Assembly (NCBI GenBank): GCA_002269645.1
Contig: NIVC01000027.1
Span: 930,001 to 994,000 of the forward strand
Origin: Macrostomum lignano
Lineage: Eukaryota
Length of the DNA: 64,000 nucleotides
Direction: 5' to 3'
A model generated the notes under the pieces. That model had not been told where the DNA came from, ran no database searches, and worked only from the letters and a program-made list of their open reading frames with translations. Both the position numbers and the translations under genes were made by a program. Below, in pieces: positions 37,608-50,880 of the stretch (its first letter is position 1; each line of letters starts with the position of its first letter).

Positions 37608-40600
37608 GGCACACAGACAGATACTAAGACAGACAGACAGACAGACAAACAGACAGGCACCAACCGTAGTCCGCTCCAAGCAGGTGAGCAGGTGATGGTG
37701 CTGCAGCTCGAACACGTCCGTTTCGTCCGGCAGCTCCAGCTGTCCGCCTTGGCCGTCAGCATCGGATGAGGCGGCAGCGGCGGCCTGCAGCAGCTCTGCG
37801 TGGGCGCGGCGGCGCTCCTCCGCGCGCTTCTTGCTGCTGATAAACGCGGCGCCGGAGGCATTTTTGGCCATTTTGATTCGCGCCAAGCGAGCCTTCTGCA
37901 GTGGCGGGGGGGGGGGGGGTTGAACAGACTCGGGGAGTGACTCGCCAACACTTGCTCACAGAGGGTGTACAGCGGCACAGGACTTTCTAATCGTTAGACA
38001 TGTACACTCTCTGTACCTTGGGGTTCCCAAATGAGTGTAAGATATATCTCCAGAATGCGAGAATTCTCTTACCTTCTGAGCTTTCCGCTTATCCGCTCGC
38101 TGATTCTGATGGTAAATTCTTGAGAAGCTGCTCACTATGACCGGGACTGGCAGGGCTATGACCAGAACGCCAGATAATGAGCAGATGCCGCCAACGATTT
38201 TGCCTACGATGGTCATTGGGACCATATCGCCGTACCTGCGGGCGGCGGGAGAATGCAAATTACTGCGGATGAAGGGGGCGGATGGCTGATGAAGGGGGCG
38301 AATAGATGATGAAGGGGCGGATAGATGATGAAGGGGCGAATAGATGATGAAGGGGGCGAATAGAAGATGAAGGGGGCGAATAGATGATGAAGGGGGCGAA
38401 TAGATGATGAAGGGGCGAATAGATGATGAAGGGGCGAATAGATGATGAAGGGGCGAATAGATGATGAAGGGGGCGAATAGATGATGAAGGGGGCGAATAG
38501 ATGATGAAGGGGGCAGATGGCTGATGAAGGGGCGGGTGGCTGATGAAGGGGCGGGTGGCTGAGGAAGGGGGAAGATGGCTGATGAAGGGGCCGATAGACG
38601 ATGAAGAGGGCGGATAGATGATGAAGGGGGCGGATAGATGATAAAGGGGCCGATAGACGATGAAGAGGGCAGATAGATGATGAAGGGGGCGGATAGACGA
38701 TGAAGAGGGCAGATAGATGATGAAGGGGGCGGATAGACGATGAAGAGGGCAGATAGATGATGAAGGGGCGGATAGATGATGAAGGGGGCGGATAGATGAT
38801 GAAGGGGCGGATGATCGGTGGCAGGGGGTAGAAGGCTGAAAAGCACACCTAAAATCCTGCAATTATGAAGAACTACATTTTAAAAATAGTATTGTTGATG
38901 ATAAAATATTTTGAGTGACAGTTGACCCTACCCGAGTGCAAGTTGCCCCGCAAAATTCATACTCTTAGATAACATCATTTTAGCGCGGATTCCCCAATCA
39001 GCCTCTCTCTATGCACACACATATCAATCCATAAATTTCAGCCATTCTCAAATCCCTCGCCAGTTTACAACATCGGAAGCAGAGCTCCGACTCGGAGCCG
39101 TAAAACTGGGAGAAATAGAGACACAAAATCGATGCCAGAAGATATTTTCAACGGGCCCGGAGCTTGGCCTGAGTGCAGCGCTACAGAGTGGATAGGATGC
39201 TTTGAGACTGCTCATCAAGCATTTTTATCTCCCAGGCTAGCTCGAATCATCCTCTCCCCCACTCCAGCTCCCAGAGAAAATCGTCGGCATTGATTTATTG
39301 ACAATTTTTAACTTTGCTTGGCCAGCCAGTCAGTAAAACTAGGTCAAGATACAAAACACGCCAGCTACTGAAGCCACGTGTACTTAACTGGTCATCAAAA
39401 AAGTGCGCTATAGGCTACATAAGCAGGCTAAGCCGCTGTGTTAAATCTCTATGGACTGAGCGCTGACCAAGGGTCGCGTACACGAAGCTTGGAAGTGAAG
39501 CCTGAAAGACCGACAGCAATAAATACGCTCGTAGAGGGTGAAAGAGAGGCAAATGGAAACAAGACTGTTTACACAGAGGGGACCGCAGGGAAGGCATGCG
39601 AAAGGCGGGGCGGTGAGGGCGCAGACGCAGGGAGGGAGTGTAACAGTGTAAACTGGGATACAAAAGACGAGACGGAGATAGGGAAGAGGCAGAGAGGGAG
39701 AGTGGAGACAGGCAGAGAGAGGGAGATGAACAATGGACAACAGATGGACAACAGCACAACGAAACGAGCAGCAGAGTGTGGGAAGAAATGGTGAGTGTGG
39801 GAAGAAACGGGGAGTGTGGGAAGAAACGGTGAGTGTGGGAAGAAACGGGGAGTGTGGGAAGAAACGGTGAGTGTGGGAAGAAACGGGGAGTGTGGGAAGA
39901 AACGGGGAGTGTGGGAAGAAACGGTGAGTGTGGGAAGAAACGGTGAGTTTGGGAAGAAACGGGGAGTGTGGGAAGAAACGGGGAGTGTGGGGAGAAATGG
40001 GGGGGAGAGTGTGGAGGGAAACGGGAGGAGTGTGGAGAGAAACGGGGAGTGTGGGAAGAAACGGGGAGTGTGGGAAGAAACGGTGAGTGTGGGAAGAAAC
40101 GGTGAGTTTGGGAAGAAACGGGGAGTGTGGGAAGAAACGGGGAGTGTGGGGAGAAATGGGGGGGGGAGAGTGTGGAGGGAAACGGGAGGAGTGTGGAGAG
40201 AAACGGAAGGGTGTGAGAGTGACACTGAGACAGAATCAGAAAAACATCGGGATGAAGAGGCAGGGCAGAGGAGCGCAGAGCGAACGAGCTCAGACAAGAG
40301 AAGAGAAAAGCTTGGCCATCGAAGCGGAATTCGGGCAGTAATCGCGCAGATAAGAATAATTAAAAGCCAGCTGAGCTCGCACTGCAGTTTGACCACACAG
40401 CTGCCCACAGACAAATAAGACACTTTAATCAAGCTAATGGGTTTAATAACTGAGTCAGAAAGCGGCCAGGACTGGGACTAAATAACCCCCCCCCCGTTGA
40501 GCAAACCTACTAATTTATCGGCTCCCTATAGATAAAAAGAAATTTCTGCCGATATCAAAGAGAGACTTTAAAAGCAACGAAAGCAGGCAGACGGGCAAGT

Positions 40601-43600
40601 CTGGAGAGGTAAAAGTACAGCTGGTTTGCCTCAGTGTGGCAAAAAGAATTCTATTTGATATCAAAGTACACTATCTGTATACTGTATCAGTACAGAGGTA
40701 GAACCAGTCTACTGCCCATGCATCTGGGCTGGCTGTAGCAACTGTAAATAAACTGAGCCTGCAGTTTGAAGAGCTTGGAAAGTCAGTAGCTTAGCTATTT
40801 ATAGGGTCCGACAATTTGTGTAGTATGATTGTCAATAACTTGATAATTTCTCTGTAGTTTGATTGTCAATAACTTCTGACACTTTCTCTGTAGTTTGATT
40901 GTCAATAACTTCTGACACTTTCTCTGTAGTTTGATTGTCAATAACTTCTGACAATTTCTCTGTAGTTTGATTGTCAATAACTTCTGACAATTTCTCTGTA
41001 GTTTGATTGTCAATAACTTCTGACAATTTCTCTGTAGTTTGATTGTCAATAACTTCTGACGCTTTCTGTAGTATGATTGCCAATAACTTCTGACAATTTC
41101 TGTAGTATGATTGTCAATAACTTCTGACGCTTTCTGTAGTTTGATTGTCAATAACTTCTGACGCTTTCTGTAGTATGATTGCCAATAACTTCTGACAATT
41201 TCTGTAGTATGATTGTCAATAACTTCTGACGCTTTCTGTAGTTTGATTGTCAATAACTTCTGACGCTTTCTGTAGTATGATTGCCAATAACTTCTGACAA
41301 TTTCTGTAGTATGATTGTCAATAACTTCTGACGCTTTCTGTAGTTTGATTGTCAATAACTTCTGACGCTTTCTGTAGTATGATTGCCAATAACTTCTGAC
41401 AATTTCTGTAGTATGATTGTCAATAACTTCTGACGCTTTCTGTAGTTTGATTGTCAATAAATTCTGACACTTTCTCTGTAGTTTGATTGTCAATAAATTC
41501 TGACACTTTCTGTAGTATGATTGCCAATAACTTCTGACGCTTTCTGTAGTTTGATTGTCAATAAATTCTGACACTTTCTGTAGTATGATTGCCAATAACT
41601 TCTGACGCTTTCTGTAGTTTGATTGTCAATAAATTCTGATAATTTCTGTAGTATGATTGTCAATAAAGTCTGACACTTTCTGTAGTTTAATATTGTCAAA
41701 AAGTCTGACAGCCACAAGTGATAGAACCATATTCAGGCTGTCTGATAAAAGATAGGCATCACAGAGGGAAACTGTTAGGTTGGACAGGTAAATGCAGAAA
41801 AGAAAAAAGAAAAAACTGCGTTCATTTGCAGCCGCCCAGTAAAGGACCGAGCCAGTAATCCCCCATTCCGCTATGCTACTATGCCAGTCCAGCACTAGAC
41901 CCAGCAGCAGCAGCAGTAGTTGACGTTACGCTGAAGAACTCCTGAAGAAATGCGCAGGCAAAATGCCACCCAAGCCTGCGAATCCCCAAGGCAAACTGGT
42001 TGCTATGGCGAATGTCCCACGGCGAGGCTGACGGGTGGGCTGCTGGCGGATTGCTGCGTATGAATGCCTTCTTGTAGGATTTTTTATCCCTTTCTGACTG
42101 ATACACAAATGGGGTCAAAACTTTTTCGCAAGGATAGATTAGCAATCCACTATATCTTCTGTAGCATAGATTAGCAATCCACTGCATCCTCAGTAGCATA
42201 GATTAGCAATCCACTACATCCTCAGTAGCATAGATTAGCAATCCACTACATCCTCAGTAGCATAGATTAGCAATCCACTAACTAAATCCTCAGTAGCATA
42301 GATTAGCAATCCACTATATCCTCAGCAGCATAGATTAGCAATCCACTGCATCCTCAGCAGCATAGATTAGCAATCCACTGCATCCTCAGTAGCATAGATT
42401 AGCAATCCACTGCATCCTCAGTAGCATAGATTAGCAATCCACTACATCCTCAGCAGCATAGATTAGAAATCCACTACATCCTCAGTAGCATAGATTAGCA
42501 ATCCACTACATCCTTAGAAGGATAGATTAGCAATCCACTACATCCTTAGCAGCATAGATTAGCAATCCACTACATCCTTAGAAGGATAGATTAGCAATCC
42601 ACTACATCCTTAGAAGGATAGATTAGCAATCCACTACATCCTTAGAAGGATAGATTAGCAATCCACTACATTCTCAGTAGCATAGATTAGCAATCCACTA
42701 CATCCTTAGAAGGATAGATTAGCAATCCACTGCATCCTCAGTAGCATAGATTAGCAATCCACTACATCCTTAGAAGGATAGATTAGCAATCCACTACATC
42801 CTTAGAAGGATAGATTAGCAATCCACTACATCCTTAGAAGGATAGATTAGCAATCCACTACATCCTTAGAAGGATAGATTAGCAATCCACTACATCCTAA
42901 GAAGGATAGATTAGCAATCCAGTATATCCTCAGTAGCATAGATTAGCAATCCACTACATCCTCAGTAGCATAGATTAGCAATCCACTATATCCTCAGCAG
43001 CATAGATTAGCAATCCACTATATCCTCAGCAGCATAGATTAGCAATCCACTACATCCTCAGTAGCATAGATTAGCAATCCACTACATCCTCAGTAGCATA
43101 GATTAGCAATCCACTACATCCTCAGTAGCATAGATTAGCAATCCACTATATCCTCAGTAGCATAGATTAGCAATCCAGTATATCCTCAGCAGCATAGATT
43201 AGCAATCCAATCCAATTAGAGTCACAAAAGGAACCGGAAACCAAAGTTTCAATTGAAGCGTGCAAACACGGACAAAACTGTTTGGGTTTATTGGCAAAGA
43301 AATGAACTGTAATAATAGTGCGACATTTACCACTAATGACTTAGCTGAGCCAACAGCCCACGCGCTATGCACACAGTTGGCGAGTGCACAGTGCTTATGG
43401 CAGTGGGCGCTGACCAGCACTGCCTCTCATTCAGCTGTTGCCTGCCGGGCGGAACAGCCGGATTGGACTTGCACTTTTTCTGCTAGGTTAAATCCTAGCG
43501 CATTGTGCCCGACTAATTGCGAAAGTGAAATGAATGAAAGGTAAAAAAAGAAATGCAGTTCACCTAAGCTTAAAGGCTAATAGATGATAATACCCATTGC

Positions 43601-43849
43601 TGCACTAGGAGGGCCTACTTTACAAACTAGGCAGGGCTTAAGCTCGAGACAGCCTCTCCGTAAAATGATTCCCTCTAATGGATCTTGCTAACTGGGTAGC
43701 CGAAGAAGCTAATGAACATTGTTGCTTTCAATTTTGCCTGGATTGCTTTTTTGGCCAGAATTCCAGAAATTCCGCCACGAAATTTGCTGCGGAGTTTCAC
43801 GTTTTCAAAAATACTGCTTCCTACAGTTTAACACTGATTGGGTAGGGCG

Positions 43850-43897
<48 letters not shown>

Positions 43898-46143
43898 GTC
43901 AGTCAGTCAGTCAGTCAGTCAGTCAGTCAGTCAGTCAGTCAGTCAGTCAGTCAGTCAGTCAGTCAGTCAGTCAGTCAGTCAGTCAGTCAGTCAGTCAGTC
44001 AGTCAGTCAGTCAGTCAGTCAGTCAGTCAGTCAGTCAGTCAGTCAGTCAGTCAGTCAGTCAGTCCCCAGCTGAGCAGGATTAATTCACGCCAGGGCGGCA
44101 GAAGCAATCCGTGCATCCTGCATAAGAGAGACGGACAGGGAGAGGAAAGCGCATTGGGCATCGCTGAGAGCGGATAACCTGAGCAGCAATGGCATCAAAG
44201 CAGAGCAAGGCAGCTCACACTTTCCATATCCCCTCTTCACTCACCGTCAGCCCCCACACAGCTCGTATCGATCAAGATGGGCCACCCATCCCCAGCAGCA
44301 GCCCCTCTCTGGCCCTCCCGGATGCGCCACGCCACGTCCCCCACACCCACTCGTCCTTAACTGCGCCGGCCGGTGTGGAGAGGCCAAAAAGGTGAGAGGA
44401 GAGAAGAGCGGGATCAGATGAGCGAGCTGAGATAGCCGGCGAGAGAAATATGAGGGGGCCAGCAGATTAAAATGTGATCCATCCGCCTCTCCGCAGCACT
44501 CGGGCGAGCTCATAAATCAGCAAAGCTTAAGCTGATTTTCTAGCGGGTAGGGGATTTGATCTAAAAAATTGGGGACTGCTCAAGGGAGCTGATGCTTCTT
44601 TATCTCTCTCTCTCTGCTCCCGACCCACCTTGCCCTTGAGAGAGTGCTCTAACTCACTCAACGCCTCGTGTTTCGTCTCTTACTCTCTCTCTCCCTCTCT
44701 CTCTGCTTTTGTCGCATCAATCCGAAGCTTGGGGATTAATCAGGGCGCTATCTGAGCTCCTGTCTACATCGAAAAACATGATCCCCCGCTGTCTGAGTGT
44801 GAGTGCGTGTATGTTGTCAAAAAGGCTCAGCACTGGCGACAGACACATTGGAAATCGGGTTCTGATTGAAATTCTGGAAAATCAGTATTTTTTTCTAACG
44901 ACAGATTCAATTTCTCGCATTTCGGACGGGTTTCAAAATTGAGGAGACAAGAGCGCTTCTGATCTGAAATGCATCCTGCACTGAGCGGTGCAAAAGCCAA
45001 TAGCGTGTGTCACACTTGCATCTGTGAGACTCACCCAAGCGTTGTCATGGTAACGATTGTATACCAAAACGCAGCCGGAATTGACACAAATGTAGTCTTC
45101 GGCTGGTTCTTCTCGGCGTAGTACATGATAGTGGCGAATATGATGACAGCCATGGTCATTGAGAATAGCAGGAAGCCCAGCTCAGACACGCAGGACTTCA
45201 ACGTGTAGCCCAGAATTCTTAAACCCATCGAGTGCCGAGAGAATTTAAAAATACGAAACACTCGGAACACTCGCAGCGTAACGAACGCGCCGCTCAGGTC
45301 TTTGTTATCCGGCATGAACAGGCCGATGTAATACGGCAGGATGGCCACAATGTCAATGACGCTCATCACGGCCCGCATATGTTTCAACCGGTAGGGCGCA
45401 GCGTAGAACCTCGCACCGTACTCGACAGTGAAGATTAGGACGCAGGCGGTGTCCAAGCAGAAGAATGCCTGATTAAATTTGTCACCGCAAGCCGGGTTAG
45501 TTAGGGTGCCAGGCACAATGCCGCAGGGAATGGTCTCCAGTACGTTAGCCAGCACCGACAGTGCTATGAAGAATCCTGTCACGTAGTAAATCACTAGCGC
45601 TGTAGTTGAAGACTGCGGATTTTCGAACGCGCACCACAGCTTCTCTCGCATGGTAGTGTTTGGCATCTTGTTCTCCGTATCGGAGTCTTTGTCGTCCATT
45701 AGTCGCTCGTTGTTCTCGCGCTTCTTATCGCGATACTCCTCGTAGCAGCAGTCGCCCATGATGTCCGGCATGATGCCGAAGAACGCCAGCTCTTCGTCGT
45801 AGGCCGTGATGCACTCGTGCTTCGGGCAGTGCAGCTTGCCAGTGCGGTAGTAGGCCAGGATGTGACGGAACAGGTCCGGGTCTCGGTCAAAGAAGTACTG
45901 CTTGCTGTCATCGTCGTAGAAGTACTCCTTCTCGTCGCTGCCAAGCAGAGTGTCCGGATATTTTTCCAGTGTGTTGCGCCATGTGACGAATTTTCGGCCG
46001 GACACGCTGATGATCAGCTTCTCGTCCGACTTGCCGCAGTCGCGACCGCGCACCGGCGGAGGCGGCATCGGGCCCTGGGCTACCGGCACCCAGCCGATGG
46101 CCGCTGCTCGGGCGAATGGCAGCCAAGCGGCCACGGCTGCCAT
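34441..46143 (-). CDS. Shal: Voltage-gated K+ channel Shal/Kv4 (KCND family), 6 exons, ~670 aa
   Basis: Exons 46143-45035, 38235-38073, 37895-37665, 37209-36865, 34715-34655, 34544-34441; phases 2,0,0,0,1 are consistent. [19 protein letters not shown]-terminus, T1 domain, S4 [18 protein letters not shown]|YGD filter, [18 protein letters not shown]. The last two exons are less certain. Confidence 0.95.
35060..35825. repeat. 17-bp minisatellite in Kv4 intron 4
   Basis: Unit gatagtgtccgaagatt. Confidence 0.95.
36320..36745. repeat. Degenerate GGATCT/GGATTT repeat in Kv4 intron 4
   Basis: Similar composition and orientation to 33430-34300. Confidence 0.85.
37240..37658. repeat. (GACA)n array filling Kv4 intron 3
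   Basis: Has the same GACACTAA and GACAAACA variants as 6270-8040. Confidence 0.97.
38262..38815. repeat. ~20-bp minisatellite near the Kv4 exon 2 acceptor
   Basis: Unit gatgatgaagggggcgaata. Confidence 0.93.
39775..40210. repeat. 19-bp minisatellite in Kv4 intron 1
   Basis: Unit gagtgtgggaagaaacgg(g/t). Confidence 0.93.
40815..41690. repeat. 33-36-bp minisatellite in Kv4 intron 1
   Basis: Unit ctgtagtttgattgtcaataacttctgac(a/g)cttt(ct). Confidence 0.95.
42130..43208. repeat. 32-bp minisatellite in Kv4 intron 1
   Basis: Unit gcatagattagcaatccactacatcctcagta. Confidence 0.96.
43848..44063. repeat. Compound (GACA)n(GTCA)n microsatellite
   Basis: Directly visible. Confidence 0.96.
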
Positions 46144-46174
46144 GTTGGCTGGTCAGGGATCGGGTCTTACTATG

Positions 46175-46390
46175 CCTTCGATAGCGTCTGGTTTCGGAGC
46201 GTTTAAACCTTCGATAGCGTCAGGTTTCGGAGCTCGTCTACGCCTTCGATAGCGTCAAGTTTTGGAGCGTTTACACCTTCGATAGCGTCAGGTTTCGGAG
46301 CGTTTAAACCTTCGATAGCGTCAAGTTTTGGAGCGTTTACACCTTCGACAGCGTCAGGTTTCGGAGCGTTTACGCCTTTGATAGCGTTGG
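46175..46390. repeat. 33-bp repeat (~6.5 copies) immediately upstream of the Kv4 ATG
   Basis: Unit ccttcgatagcgtcaggtttcggagcgtttaaa. Confidence 0.9.
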
Positions 46391-49000
46391 ACTTCTGCCA
46401 CGTTTAATGCACAATCGAAGTATTAGTTCGCTTAGATACATGAACAAGCAATATTAACAAACTAATTTCTGTAGCATAATGTTATAGCATTTAGCAAGTA
46501 CGAGGAATTACTAATTGTGAAGTCGGTTTCCGCGGCTTGAATTTATACAAAAGCGGTTAGACAGTGAATCCGCATGCACAGATTGTCATTGGCTGATCAA
46601 TAAGAAGCCAGTCTGCCTGCAATCCCCCCATCTGCTACTGGGCATGAATGTCATCTCTAAAGCATCGTCTGCACAAAACGGTGGCCACTTGGTAACCTGA
46701 ATACGCAACTGCACTAATACATTGCTTATGTATTTAAGGTACAAGTGACATTGAAAAGTTCAGGACTCGAAGACCTATGTAACCATACCACTTCAGAATA
46801 GACTGGCTAGAAGACCTATGTAACCATACCACTTCAGACTAGACTGGCATACATTTGGAAGTACATTATGACATTTATGCAGCTTGTGAATTTGGAATAA
46901 AATTTTATAATCAGATAAAATGGTGCTTAAAAATATCTATTTGAAATTATTAGCATTGATGTCTCTTTAACTGATCAAGATATAATCGAAAATTTTTAAT
47001 TGAACTATCTAGTGATATAGAAAACTTTCATACTGAGACTTGTTAAGAAACAATAAATAAAGTTTATCATGCAACATAACATTTTTTATTTCAATATTTT
47101 TTTCTAAAACCAAGAAAATTGGGTTCCAACTTTTAACTCAAATCTATTGCAGACACATGGGCTTAACTTTAAACAAAACCTTATAAACCTAGTACTTATC
47201 TAGACTTATATTTGATATTGTTTTCTTTAAATTTAAAGCACTAAAAATTAAACTACCTTAGCTTCAACTTTTCTGCAGACTAATTAGGCTCTTTTCTCTT
47301 TCCCTCCTCCTTAAGAAGGGATATCTCTATCTTGTGCAGTGCACTAATTGGCTAGGCTTTGCTGCTATCTGCTTTTGTTTGTTATTTATTATGCTTTCTG
47401 ACTGCCCTCTCAATTATATTGTCTCACTCTGCCTTCTAAAGGTTGCCTTCATTAAATTATTTAATCATAATATTAGTCAATATAGCTTGTAATATGAGGA
47501 TTGTTTGGAAAGTCTGTGATCAAACATGCATATCTTTTTCGAGTCACTGCTTTGTCTTGATACTTTATACCATAGACAAATATCATACCCTGATTGTTTT
47601 AAAGCAATAGTGGTCTTGTCTGTCTATCTGACTGACTGACTGACTGACTGACTGACTGACTGAATGAATGAATTTTGTTTAATTAACTTTCAAGATTAAC
47701 CCTTATTTTGACATTTTCAATAGGTTACTATATTTATTTATAAAAACATTGCATCCAACTAATAATTAAATTGTAGAAATATTTTAGTAAAATAATAATG
47801 CAAATCTATAAACCTTCATCAGAATAATGTGTATGCTAACAACTAAACATTTTTTACTTGCAAATTGTGCAGATTAAAGTTTTAGAATACACACCAGAAA
47901 AGTTTAAAATGCATAGCATCTTCCAGAATATATCCTAATATACATGTATACTCAGCAAATCAAAATTTTTACCTTAAAAGCAAGATGAAAATTTACTCAC
48001 TTACTGAAACAATTTTTCATTCATAATTTAACATTCACTTAAGTTGTATAACTAAGCCATTGCAAAGAAGAGAAAGTGGATTGAATAATAATAGACAATA
48101 GTTATAAAATCATAACAGTTTATTTTTTGTACAATATGCAAATAAAATTGCATGCCTAACAATGTGTATGGGATCAGTCTATGGTGCATCCCCCAAGATG
48201 AGGCAATACAGAAAGTCCTAGGGAAGCTACTGCCAAGCATGTTCAATGGCATGATATAGCTCCAAAACATTCTATAATAGATTCTCTTTTTTAATTCTAT
48301 ATTTTAGGAAGTCCCAAATTGCTTAAAAAGAGTCTTGTGTCTAGGGTGGGAAGGCTAGCGCAATGTGCAGTTGTAGCTATTTTTATAGTTGACTAATAGC
48401 ATTGGCTCGGTGTGGCAGCTTCTATTTTGTACCATTAAATAGACCCAAGCTACCTCCAAATGGCAATAAGCTTTATATATGCCATAAGTTGCATTATTTG
48501 CGATAAAGGTACTTGCCATTTTTTAGCATATATCAGCATATATCCCAGCATACATGACACAATAGAAAATTTTCAGCTTAGATCTATGGCATATATGCAT
48601 ACATGATAGGATCAAATAAAGTGCCTTATAAATATATAAAATAGGCCTAGCCTATATGCAACACTATTATCATGCATTCATGGAACAAAGGAATAAAAAA
48701 ATTTTAAACTTTGTGCTCTACAAAACTAGGTTTTTTTATATTTAGCAGATAAAAGTATTTAAAGTACTTTTTTATATCTGTCTTTTCTCAGTGCACATTG
48801 AAAAAGTTTGTAGTTTTTTAAGTTTCTTACTTTGCATGAATAATAAATTCAAGAATGAAAAGATGTACAAAGTTGAAAACTTTCTTGGATTGCTAGGATT
48901 TGTCCCAGAAATTCTGGGATTGATGAGATTTTAGTCCTAGTATACAAACATAATCCTATACTTCCCCTCCCACTAGACCTAGTGTATACTAATATACAAT

Positions 49001-50880
49001 TAGGGATGCTAAAATATTAGACTTGCCCAAAACCAGGATCCCAGTATTCAATACTAGAATTTTGCCAATACTAGTTTTGAATACAGGCAGGTATTCAATA
49101 GCTTTTTTTCATATTAATTGGCTTTCAAATTTCAAAAATTCAAATTTTATTGTATTTTTCCTATTTTTTTCTTATTGCCTATCTTTTGAATGTATTATAT
49201 TATATAAATCATTTATTTGAATTGTCCTGACTTTTAAATCCAATCAATTTGTGAAATAATAGTAATTGTTTGTACAGTAATTATCATTTTAGTAGCATTC
49301 TTACTAGCCTTATCTTATTCATTGCCTTATCATATTCACCTTAATACATGTACAGCTATATTGTTTGTTAAATAGATCACAAAAATCATGCATCTTCTAC
49401 TGATAGTTTCAATTCTGCCTGTTTATCCTACTAAGCTTCTTGCCCATTTTAACCCTTTCCCATAATCAGGCATCCTGTCTCTTTACACCCTATCAGGCCT
49501 ATTGCCGGTTCCTGGACACTTCGTCATCTTACTACTTCGTCATCCACTCATATTTCTAGACACTTTGTCATCTTACTACTTCGTCATCTACAATACTATT
49601 TTGGACACATCGTCATCTACTCCCTGGACACTTTGTCATCCACTTTGTCTGAAAAACTTATTGAATGAGAAGCTAAATGTAACTTTGTCAGCTAAGTTGT
49701 ATTGAGTAGTCATAAATATAGGTGGCTACACTGAGGATTAACTAACTGATTAACTAACTGATAATTAATGTGGATTAACTACGACAGGGGAAGAGCTAGA
49801 GAAGATAACGCAATCAGTACAAAATTGAATTCTACTTGCGGTTTGAATACGATACAAAATCTTGTAATCATACAGTGAAACAAAAATAATAATGAATTGT
49901 AAATTTGCATACCTGAATAGCAAAATTAAATACAACTTAAAAAATAAATAATAATAAATACTAAAAAATACACTATTCATAAACATAATTAAATCTACAT
50001 TGTTACAACTCTACACATGGTTGTGGAAGCAAAGCTATAATAAAATTACAATCAACACTTGTACACATACAGCGTGCATTTAGATGCCAATTATAGCGAG
50101 AAGTTGAATCCCTAAACGTGTATTTAATCCTATATTTTACATACTATTGATTGAGAAACAATTTACATGTATAAAAAACAATCGAATAACAATTTTACAG
50201 CTTTGCGGAATCTTGGGATGACGAAGTGTCCTCAAAATTTGGTCACTTCGTCATCTAGATTTCTAACAATTTTTTTGTATGACGAAGTGTCCAAAAACCA
50301 TGGTCACTTTGTCATCTGGATGATGAACTGGTAAGATGACGAAGTGTCCAGGAACCCTATTGCCAACCTCCTTCATTAGGCATTCTGCCTTCCTCCTACC
50401 CCCATTCCTTATTAAACATCCCACTCTCTATGCTAGCATACCCCATTAACTATTAGAATTCCCTATTAGCTATTGAAATTCTCAATTAATATGCCCATTT
50501 CCCATGCAACTCTAATCTACTATGTAGCCCTTCTTCTCTCTCTCCATTGGATTGATTAGATAGTGTTTTGCCACTTGGACACTTATGGCTTATGCTACTA
50601 GGAGTATCCCCAGGCTTACTCCTTATAGTAGCATAAATTGGTATTAGTATTGACTGATACAGAATTTAAAAAATGAAAAATCTAAAAAGCCTCAGCTGAA
50701 GCATTTGTTAATTTCTAGGAAAATGCAATTAAAACAAAAACCTACAAAATTAAAAATTAAAGTCCATTTTAGACATATATTGCACCAATATTGGACCCTA
50801 ATACTGGTATTGGTAATATTGAAAAAATGGCCCAATACTGGTATTTTTTCTAAACTAGGATCTCAGTGTTAGCATCTCTA
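49001..50880. mobile_element. Non-autonomous hAT-like element
   Basis: TIRs TAGGGATGCTAA / TTAGCATCTCTA; 8-bp TSD TATACAAT (48993-49000, 50881-50888); subterminal aatact(g/a)g repeats. Confidence 0.8.
49507..50356. mobile_element. MITE with GG-start TIRs and 8-bp TSD (Merlin-like), nested in the hAT-like element
   Basis: 26-bp perfect TIR GGTTCCTGGACACTTCGTCATCTTAC; TSD CTATTGCC (49499-49506, 50357-50364); internal ggacact(t)cgtcatc repeats at both ends. Confidence 0.85.

Noticed and set aside
38262-38815. Hammerhead ribozyme (CTGATGA cores)
   Set aside because: No matching GAAA core or stems; CTGATGA is a variant of the gatgatga repeat unit.
39438-40432. Nested antisense gene in Kv4 intron 1
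   Set aside because: The ORFs are purine-rich low complexity or repeat-derived, with no recognisable domain or consistent splice partners.
41900-42110. Short coding-like stretch ([17 protein letters not shown]..) in Kv4 intron 1
   Set aside because: About 35 codons bounded by stops, with no supporting exon chain.
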